64,000 nucleotides of DNA, from contig CAYULF010000004.1 in NCBI GenBank assembly GCA_964445695.1, forward strand, positions 137,880-201,879, given 5' to 3'. Made by a program: the position numbers and the translations under genes. Below the pieces are notes generated by a model, which saw nothing but the letters and a program-made list of their open reading frames with translations, was not told the DNA's origin and did not search any database. Shown here piece after piece: positions 39,701-46,500 of the stretch (position 1 is its first letter; each line of letters opens with the position of its first letter). This DNA comes from an uncultured Hyphomicrobiales bacterium. Its GTDB lineage: Bacteria > Bacteroidota > Ignavibacteria > Kapaibacteriales > UBA7675.

Positions 39701-42567
39701 ATCGTTGCGGCGTTCGCGTTGGTTGAAGGTTCCAGACCCGTTATTTTGGGCTGAGCCGAACCGTTTTTCCAGACGTAGGGACCTGTCTGCACAGCGGCGA
39801 CAAGCAGATCGACATCGCCGTCGTTGTCGATGTCACCATGAGCGCCGCGCACATGCCGGTTTTCGCTGTCGCTGATGCGGTAAAAAGTTGCGTCGCCGTT
39901 GTTGTAGTAAACGTCTTTGCCGCGCGTTTTGATCAACACAACGTCAAAGTCGTCATCGCCGTCGACGTCCATGATTTCAACCGATCGTCCGTTACCGCCG
40001 GTCAGTTCCGATACAACAAAGGTACCATCGCCGTTGTTTAACCACAGGCGGTTGTTCTGGCCGTTTGTGCCGACCAGAAATGCATCCAGGTCGCCGTCGC
40101 CGTCAAGGTCACCCAGATCGACATCGACAACCTGCGTATTGTCGGTAGTCGACTTCACAAAACTTGGGAATCCGGAATTCAACCAGACTTGCTGGCTGAT
40201 AGGACCGTTTGCATTGGAGCCTTCAGTGGCAAAAATCGCATCCAGATCACCGTCACCGTCCAGGTCGCCGACTGCTACGCCTCTGTTGCGGCGATTGACG
40301 GCCTCACTGGAAGCAAAGGTGCCGTCGCCGTTGTTAACCAAAATTTCCTGGTTGGCCCCGAAGTTTGCAACCAGAATGTCCATGTCCCCATCTGCGTCAA
40401 AGTCGCCGATTCCAAAGTCGCGCGTATCGTAATCCGCGCCGTTCAGGTCTGTCTGCGTAAAGCTCGCGTCGCCGTTGTTAAACCAGATAACGTGCACGCC
40501 ATTTTTACCGATGATGGCATCCATGTCGTAGTCGCCGTCGAAGTCGCCCGCTTCCGTGCACTCGCCAAATGAAAATTCTTTGGTTTCAACCGTGAAATTG
40601 CCGCTGCCGTCGTTGCGCAGGATGTCCGATCCACGACCATCGGCGCCGATCGTGAATCCGTCCAGATCGCCGTCGCCGTCAAAGTCCGCCAGGGCGACGT
40701 CGCTCGTTTCATTTCCCAGACCGGTAACATCAAAGTTGCCGCTGCCGCCGGAAGCCGCGCCGGTGAACCGGTACACGGTCGGACTGTCAAACATATCTCC
40801 ATCAGCCGATTCGCCTTTTTCCTGTACCGTCACCATGATTTTTTCCCCGGCAAGGAAATCGTCGGCCGGCGTAAATCGAATGCTGTGATCGCCGGACCCA
40901 TGCGCAACACTGGAGGCCGTCAGCCTGCCTGCCGAGCCGAAGACCTGAATCGTGTTGTTTAAGGGGTTGAGCGAGGATCGCAGTATAATCTGGCTGTAAA
41001 ACACTTCGATCGGATCGCCGTTGGCTGCCGAAGAATTGGCTGCCGGAGACAATTTGGCAATTGTCGGCACGCCAGTATTTTCCCAGATAATGTTAAATCC
41101 GTTGTTCACGATAAACGCGTCCAGATCGCCGTCGCCGTCCAGGTCGCCGATCACCACGTCCTGCGCGTTGCCCGTGCTGAGCACGGAAGTCGTAAACGTG
41201 CCGTCGCCATTGCCCAGGTACAGGACGTGATCGCCGTTCTGCACGATGACCTTGTCCAGAATGCAGTCGTAATTAACATCGCCCACGGCAACCGAGCCTG
41301 CGCCGCTGTACTCTTCCAGTACGCCGTCGCCGTTGAAATCCGCCAGCAGAGCGTAGTCGTCGCTGCCGGACGCGGCGCCGTAGTCGCTGACAACAAAGGT
41401 GCCGTCGCCGTTATTTGTATAGCGTTTGTTGTACATGCCGCGCGTCGCGGTCAGCACGTCCAGATCGCCGTCGTTTTCCAGATCGCCCACCCACATGCCG
41501 TTGGTCTGAGTGTTTGCACCCAGCGTTGTGCGCACAAAGGTGCCGTCGCCATTTCCAAGAAAGAGCTCGTCGGCATCGTTGTTTTCGTTGCCGACAATAA
41601 AGTCCGCAACGCCGTCGCCGTTAAAGTCGCCGGTTTCCACCACGCGGCTGTCGGTCGCCTGCGTGCTGACTTGCACTGAGACAAAGCTCGCATTGCCGTT
41701 GTTTAACCACAGCTTGCTGCCGGCATTGTCGAGTACTTCAAAGATGTCAAGGTCGCCGTCGTCGTCCACGTCTGCCAGAGCTACATCGCGCGAAGCGTCG
41801 GACACGGCGCCGAAGTCATCCGGATTATAAAACAATTCAGCAATCTGCCGCAGCACGCGGTTCTGTGCATTGCTGTTGGCCATGACGATATCCATATCGC
41901 CGTCGCCGTCCATATCTCCCAGCGCCGCGGCAACCGTATTGTGCGTCGGCGAACCGGCGCCAAGAGTCGTAAACGTGCCCGTGCCCGCAAGCGGTGCAGC
42001 CGTAAACTGGTATGTTAACGGACGGGTTATTGCGGTTCCGCCCGCGTCCTCGGCATTTTTCACCGTCACCGTAATCGGCTCGCCGGGATAAAAGTCTATG
42101 TTCGGATTGACAATTGCGTGGCGGTTGCCGTTGCTGTAACTCACTGCCAGTCGACCGTCATAACTGCGCTGCGATCCAATTACCGTGATATTTGCGTTTA
42201 ACGAGGTCGTGCCGGTTGTCAAGGTGCCGGTGTCCATTACTTCACTGAAACGAATGCGTATCGACTCGGACGGCGCGGACACAATTGAATTTGTGGCCGG
42301 GGTCACCGCAGTAATTTTCGGTGCCTGGGCCTGGAGGTTAACGCCGGCTATCAGTGTGGCGGCTCCGGCCGCGGCGGCGGCAAGTTTGCGCAGACAGCCG
42401 GTGTTTAACATCTGAACCAGCTTTTCAATCCGTTTCAGCAGAATGGATCGTTTCCGCCGGTCGTTGTTTGAGGCGCTTCCCGTCCGCGTCAGCCGGTCGA
42501 GGCGACGCAGGCTTTTGCGCAGACGGCGCAGGGCTTCAAGAGTGAAAGATTTGTTGTTAACTCGCAT
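33709..42567 (-). CDS. Giant secreted adhesin-like T9SS cargo protein (2952 aa), paralog of gene A. It contains FG-GAP propellers, cadherin-like repeats, a lactonase-type propeller and a T9SS CTD.
   Basis: Same motif set as gene A. C-terminus ...IHDLAGHRIA...AGAYILLVEY...RLLIRR. Confidence 0.8.
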   Translation of the reverse strand: MRVNNKSFTLEALRRLRKSLRRLDRLTRTGSASNNDRRKRSILLKRIEKLVQMLNTGCLRKLAAAAAGAATLIAGVNLQAQAPKITAVTPATNSIVSAPSESIRIRFSEVMDTGTLTTGTTSLNANITVIGSQRSYDGRLAVSYSNGNRHAIVNPNIDFYPGEPITVTVKNAEDAGGTAITRPLTYQFTAAPLAGTGTFTTLGAGSPTHNTVAAALGDMDGDGDMDIVMANSNAQNRVLRQIAELFYNPDDFGAVSDASRDVALADVDDDGDLDIFEVLDNAGSKLWLNNGNASFVSVQVSTQATDSRVVETGDFNGDGVADFIVGNENNDADELFLGNGDGTFVRTTLGANTQTNGMWVGDLENDGDLDVLTATRGMYNKRYTNNGDGTFVVSDYGAASGSDDYALLADFNGDGVLEEYSGAGSVAVGDVNYDCILDKVIVQNGDHVLYLGNGDGTFTTSVLSTGNAQDVVIGDLDGDGDLDAFIVNNGFNIIWENTGVPTIAKLSPAANSSAANGDPIEVFYSQIILRSSLNPLNNTIQVFGSAGRLTASSVAHGSGDHSIRFTPADDFLAGEKIMVTVQEKGESADGDMFDSPTVYRFTGAASGGSGNFDVTGLGNETSDVALADFDGDGDLDGFTIGADGRGSDILRNDGSGNFTVETKEFSFGECTEAGDFDGDYDMDAIIGKNGVHVIWFNNGDASFTQTDLNGADYDTRDFGIGDFDADGDMDILVANFGANQEILVNNGDGTFASSEAVNRRNRGVAVGDLDGDGDLDAIFATEGSNANGPISQQVWLNSGFPSFVKSTTDNTQVVDVDLGDLDGDGDLDAFLVGTNGQNNRLWLNNGDGTFVVSELTGGNGRSVEIMDVDGDDDFDVVLIKTRGKDVYYNNGDATFYRISDSENRHVRGAHGDIDNDGDVDLLVAAVQTGPYVWKNGSAQPKITGLEPSTNANAATIGTVSLKFNHPIAATTSTLSYPDGYGQFTLQGMQGGLTTHSSISSVDVFRTIDFNMGRNAYPNERILFSVSEDVQSHGNLPIDHAHVYEFRAEVQSGSGVLVDRNFGSGETRDIALGDLNGDGLIDAIAANTGGNSQIWLNQGGGDFSTTDFGGNNHYAVALGDLDGDGDLDAMLANMSSGGGAAAAEMWLNNGDGTFTISWFGGTDGDDVALYDMDGDGDLDAVLARNDDLVLALNDGSAGFATSVLASGSDLVAVAIGDLNNDGLPDIVGAQESAASLILRNDGGTFTSQALGAPEAWDTAIMDVDGDGIMDILFATNTRGDLQTDQDNFPSLDTWRNIGEFSYNKSSLELTGEPHGIATGDVDNDGDIDVFIATEHSDVQGQSNDQLVFNNGVALNSLSTYGSGTSRAAAMADIDDDGSVDVVVARSGAERIWQNLDQPSISVLTPSTVAATSGTVQVEVGGWDVYPNSSHILPAGITTGSVNVQVNSQGRTRSTVTVPAGELSVVGGYDLYIVTPGGETNALLTVINDKPIIATRQTVIASPENAQFTLTVKLTDVDPGIAGLTLTPPTADGTLLQSIAQLGSTAEFTKYVITPVVDANGSTTLTFSVDDGALSSSTTFSVSIVSVNGAPEFTTGANVTVNEDSGVYDAAFATGIDDGDPETTQTLTFDVQNDNNSLFSVQPQISVTTGNLTFVPATNQNGQAIVSVKLQDNGPTGGLNTSSSATQQFVIDVLPVNDAPVISTSNSVVTTEEDIPLTMSVDVADIDTPFNNLILTVTSANQSIVDDGSIVVVTPTSANTTIQLTPETNANGLVVLYVSVNDGEYTRTTSFSVDVQPINDTPLFNTSANITVNEDSGVYDAAFATGIDDGDPETTQTLTFDVQNDNNSLFSVQPQISVTTGNLTFVPATNQNGQAIVSVKLQDNGPTGGLNTSSSATQQFVIDVLPVNDAPVISTGNAVVNTLEDTPLTLSVNLEDIDTAFNSLILSATSSNQSLVADGDLTIVTPTSANTRIVLNPGANANGSVDVTVSVFDGEYTRVTTFVVNILPVNDAPVISTNNAAITIDEDMPALLSFNLSDIDTPFAHLSLNAVSNNETLIPSASIGFGTTSATTSLMFTPQADANGSAVITVTAGDGEYSRSTSFNITVDPVNDAPTISGPANLSSSQNQLVTTAVQINDIDNTFSQLTVSATSSNQALFADADLVAGTTAATVQLNMSPQCGTFGNALITVRVSDGEFENSTSFNIVVQPIAAISITGANCGCPNVQLTYEALPSDNTATHVWNVEGGSIIGGQGTGTIQVVWDQNASSASLSLVRTASAGCTTGTALIVTPKTVQALMDHVLVTASSVVADVLNNDVGTGLSILSVRQPAHGQAQIINGKIEYTPDSGFNGIDVFNYVVGSIDNCVATGALVAVSPLMAAAQVNASFVEYRQDHVGDVRGLGGAYCATVSPDGEFLYVAGRNDHSIALFQRNTATGELTWMMRVRNLRNGVVGLEYPSDLAIDPAGEYLYAACYGDNALLVFKRDAASGELTFVERKKKGQDDNGITINGMKGPRGVVVSADGRGVLVSGYSDNSIAVFNRVDATEELHFVGYFKDGLDGVNGLRQAIGLDVSLDGRHVYVAGTGDNAVALFERSLSDGVLTYSTMYKDGVGGVNGLSKAIDVAVSPDGKHVYVAGNADDAVALFDRNSADGTLSFVESYDNGNGGIDGLDGITGVAVSPDGAQVWAGARDSDALVLFKRDRDSGKLTFVEVCRDGVDGINGLAGAIMPATSWNGEHIYVPGYDENAVAVLYRNHVPTAADDNAGAATANGTLQITPLNNDGDSDGHTLTVNSATDGSLGTVAIIGGGTTLEYSAGATTGADQFTYTISDGYGGESTATVTLSVVQPKQSHAPGLSAVQSPQVHVHPNPLRSGEEVLIAIDVESDVVCTIHDLAGHRIATFTQPASNSGVHEIRWTAEDGGGAPLAAGAYILLVEYRGDDGQRHTLESRLLIRR
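36831..37781. repeat. Intragenic direct duplication. Two ~318-bp copies (36831..37148 and 37464..37781) at a 633-bp period, identical except for one position.
   Basis: Identical DNA strings (ccggagcatcgttaaccggcagaacgtcaataacaaattgctgcg...cattgaccgt) appear twice. The proteins repeat ...TLTFDVQNDNNSLFSVQPQISVTTGNLTFVPATNQNGQAIVSVKLQDNGPTGGLNTSSSATQQFVIDVLPVNDAPVIST. Confidence 0.85.
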
Positions 42568-43025
42568 GACAATAGTCTCAAGAATATGGATGAACTGTAT
42601 GTTGTCGCGTTCGTTGTCTCAAGACCTGAAGGTCCGTTCCGTTCAGTTTAATACAAGACAGCCTGCTCGGCTTCACGGTATTGCCGGCACCGCGAAGCCG
42701 AAAAGCATGGCCGTCTCGTTCTTGAGATGCTACAAAATTACGGTGCGCAGGAGGTCGCCGCACCTCGTCACGATTACACCAATTGGTGCAGGTCTCTGGT
42801 GTAAGGGGCGCTTTTCAGCCCTTATTTTGTCGGTTTGACACTACAGCACTACACCATTTGCGTGTGGAATGGTGTACCGGGCACTCACCGGTGGTACGCA
42901 GACTTGACTTTGAGGCGCTTCGCCTCCCGCTTTGCGGTCGGGCTTGCTTTTTGCTTCTTGCTCGTCAGTGGGCTTGATGTCTTCAACGCGGGAATCGGTG
43001 TCAATCCCGACAGCATGACTACGTA

Positions 43026-43074
43026 AAACTACGTAGGAGCTGTGAGCCCTTAGGGCTCACAGCTCAATGTGTTC
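43026..43074. repeat. REP-like palindromic element, copy 1.
   Basis: TACGTAAAACTACGTAGGAGCTGTGAGCCCTTAGGGCTCACAGCTC: two TACGTA hexamers plus a 12-bp perfect stem AGCTGTGAGCCC/GGGCTCACAGCT. Confidence 0.8.
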
Positions 43075-43236
43075 CCGTGCCAAAAAACGCCAAATCCGAA
43101 TACGAACTGAAAAACACGTAGATCTACCTACTACGCCGTTCTCAATTGTCCGCTGAACGCCTTGTGTTGCCACTCAATCGTTGCGATGGGATTGTAGCGG
43201 CCGAAAACAATCCCGACATCCACAGACTTCAAGCCC

Positions 43237-43299
43237 GATGACAAACAAGAAGTCAAGCAGAGCCTGAGACGCAAGTGCAACGCGCGGCTCAAAGCGATC
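43237..43299 (+). repeat. Dispersed intergenic element, copy 5 (long variant).
   Basis: gatgacaaacaagaagtcaagcagagcctgagacgcaagtgcaacgcgcggctcaaagcgatc. Confidence 0.75.
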
Positions 43300-43411
43300 T
43301 TCCAGAAAACAAGTACGAACAGTTGAGAAGCGCAAACAGCGCAGCCGACTCGCCGGAAAGAAACAAACGACAAACCATCAATCGCGGCATCCGTGGAAAA
43401 CCCAAATAAAC

Positions 43412-43467
43412 ATTAAACAAAAAACCCGCCCGGAAGCCGGTTAAACACCGGCAATTCCGAACGGGTT
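43412..43467 (-). terminator. Rho-independent terminator of giant gene C.
   Basis: On the minus strand: AACCCGTTCGG...CCGGGCGGGTT hairpin(s) followed by TTTTTTGTTTAATG. Confidence 0.55.
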
Positions 43468-43500
43468 GATTTGTTAACCAGCCCTCGACAATCGTCGAGA

Positions 43501-46500
43501 TTACGGGGCTATGACGATGCTGCGACGCAATTGCTGCGCCACACCGTCGCCGTCCACATACTCGACAAACATGACGTAAACGCCCGCCGCCAGTTTAACG
43601 CCGTTAACCTCGCGGCCCTCGATGCTGAACTGATGCGCGCCTGTGTAAGCCGCCGGCAGACTGAACGCACAAACTGCGCGGCCGCTCATGTCCAGCAAAC
43701 GAATGTCGAGCGGAGCATCGCTGCCCGTTTCGATCACGACGTCGGCGAATTGACCAACGGGATGCGGGCTGACGCGAATCTCGCTCTCAACAATCGCAAC
43801 CGGCTCGTCTCCCTGTTTAACCGCGGCAACCGTTATCGTTACCGTCGCAGTCGAAGAGCCGCCGTTGCCGTCCTCAATCGTGTAGGTAAAACTGTCGACG
43901 CCCGAAGCCGCGCCGGCACTGTATTCAACCGTCGTGCCGCCGCCGGTGATCGCCACCGTTCCCAGTGTGCCGTCCGTTTTAGCCGTAACTGTCAAAGCAT
44001 CGTTTTCCGGATCGGAATCGTTGCTCAGCACACTGATTGTTTTATTGCTGCTGGGCGCAACGCCCCCGCCGTTGTCGTTAACAGCTTCCGGCGCCAGATT
44101 GCGTGCAAAGACGGAAATGGCGTTGTCGTTGCGGCCTGCGCAATAGACGTGACGGCTGTCGTTGGAAACGTCCAACGCGCGAACCCGGCGCAGACCGTCC
44201 ACGCCGCCCTGGCCGTCCTTGAGGCACTGCACGTAGGTCAGCGAACAATCAGCCAGCGAGCGACGGAACAACGCGATGGCATTGTCGAGTTCGCCGACGA
44301 CGTACACGGAGCGACCGTCGTCGCTGCACTGTACGTCATACGCGCCGTAGAGCCCGTCGACGCCGTTTTGACCGTCTTTGATCTTCTCGGTGAAGGTCAT
44401 CGTGCAAGTCTGCGGATTGCGCTTGAACACCGCCAGCGCCTTGTCGCCCAGACCGGTCACATAGACGCTCTTCGAGTCCGGACTCAGCGCCACGCTCGTC
44501 GGTGAAGCCAGACCGTCGACGCCGTTGATACCGTCGCGATACTGCGTTTCCCAGCTCAGCGTACCGTCGTTCAGTGAGCGGCGGAAGACAGCAACGGCAT
44601 CGTCACCATTGCCGGCCACGTAAACGTTTTTACCGTCGGGACTGACCGCTACGCCCATCGCATTGCGCAAGCCGTCGATGCCTTCCTGACCGTCCTGGTA
44701 CAGACCGACGAAACTGATGTTCGCCGCTGAAGACTGTGTTTCAAAGTGTGCAAGGCTGTGGTTGTTAAACGAGGCCACATACACGGAGCGGCCGTCGCTG
44801 CTGGCAGCAACGCCGACAGGATTCTGCAGCGGATCCGGACCTCCGTCGCCTGACAGAATATTGTACAGATCGAGCTCGCCGTTGTCGTAATCGATGTTAA
44901 ACACCAACAAAGAGTTGTCGGCATAAGACGTGACGTACAGAACACTCTCGTCCGGCGACAGCGCCAGAGCCGAGGGGTAACGCATGTTGCTCACGCCGCG
45001 GCGCAGATGGCGTGCACGACCCAGATAGGTCAGCGTACCGGTTGAAACATTGCGCTCAAACATCGCCACGGAGTGGTCGCTCCATCCGGCACCGAAGACA
45101 TAGCGCCCGTCGGATGTCAGAGCAACATCGGCCACGCGTTTAAGTCCGCGAACGCCGCCGCTGCGATCCTGCTTGCGCTGAACATAGGAAAGATTCGGCT
45201 GCGATTCTTCCGTCGGCTTGACCGCTATCACAACATTAACAGTGATTCCCGTGCAGAGACTCTCGCCCTGTGCCGTGTAACTGAAGGTCTCAAATCCGGT
45301 GAAGTCGGCCGGCGCCGTATAGGTTATCACGCCGCTGGAAATCCAGCTGGCAGTGCCGGAAAGCATCTCTTCATTGTTGAGTCCGGTCACAGTCAGGCCG
45401 GCGGCGATGTCGTTGTTTAACACATTAAATGTTACGGTACTGCCGGCGGTCACGCAGACGTAGTCCATTTGTCCAAGAACCGGGAAGGTCGAAACTACCA
45501 GCGTGGTCGCGCGCGAGGAGCCGTCGGGGAAGTCTTCCACGACCGTCACCGTGGCGATCGTCTCGAGGTTCCAGCCCACGGCGCCGCTTGTACTTGTCGC
45601 ATTCAGTTCAAAGCCCGGATCGCTGCCGTCCTGGAAGAACCAGCTATAGCTGTGTTCCGTGCTGAAGAAGCGCAGGCTGTAAATGCTGCCTACGCCGACG
45701 CAGGCTGTCGTAGCGCCGAGAATCTCAAGCGGCGGCAGGGCTTCAAACGAACCGATATCGCGGATGCCATAGGCGAGCCGTTCGCGTTGATCAAGCGGAG
45801 CAACACCAGTCGGAGCGCCGTGATTGATGGCCGGGCTGCTCAGGTCAAGAGCATGCGTGAAGGTGTGCCCACCATTGTCCGCCAGAGTTTGCAGTCCGGC
45901 ATCGATGGTCGTGGCGGATTCTTTTGCTCCGGCATTTTTTGTCGTTGTGCCGTTCGGGTCGCCGTAGCGGTCGCCCGTAGTGTTGGAGCTGAAGTCCAGA
46001 TCGCCGACCGTGCCGATCAGGTTGTAGCCGTCCGAGCTGAACGCGCCTCCGACGTCGGGATATTCGCCGCCGCGATCGGTATTTCCGGCAATAATATTGG
46101 AGCGAATGCTGCCGCCGGGACCGTAGATTCCGCCGCCATGGCCGCCGCCGTCGTCGTCGTTGTCCGCAACATTAAGCGTAATTGTGTTGCTGGTCAGAAA
46201 GAGTGGTTTGGACGAGTAGATTGCGCCGCCGTGACCGGCCGCCGAGTTCTGTGAAAAGGTGTTGTCGTGCGCTTTGATGGCCGATTCGTTGTGAATTGCG
46301 CCACCGAAATGTCCGGCAACATTGAGCACAAAAGTATTGCCCGTCGCGATCAACTCACTCGCCTGGGTGAGGATCCCCCCGCCGTCTTCGCCGGCGGTGT
46401 TTTCCGAAATCGTACATGACGTCACGTTCGTCGTCGAACGGGAATGCGAGAGTATCCCGCCGCCGTGCACCGCCGCCGTGCAGTTTGCAATCGTGGACCA

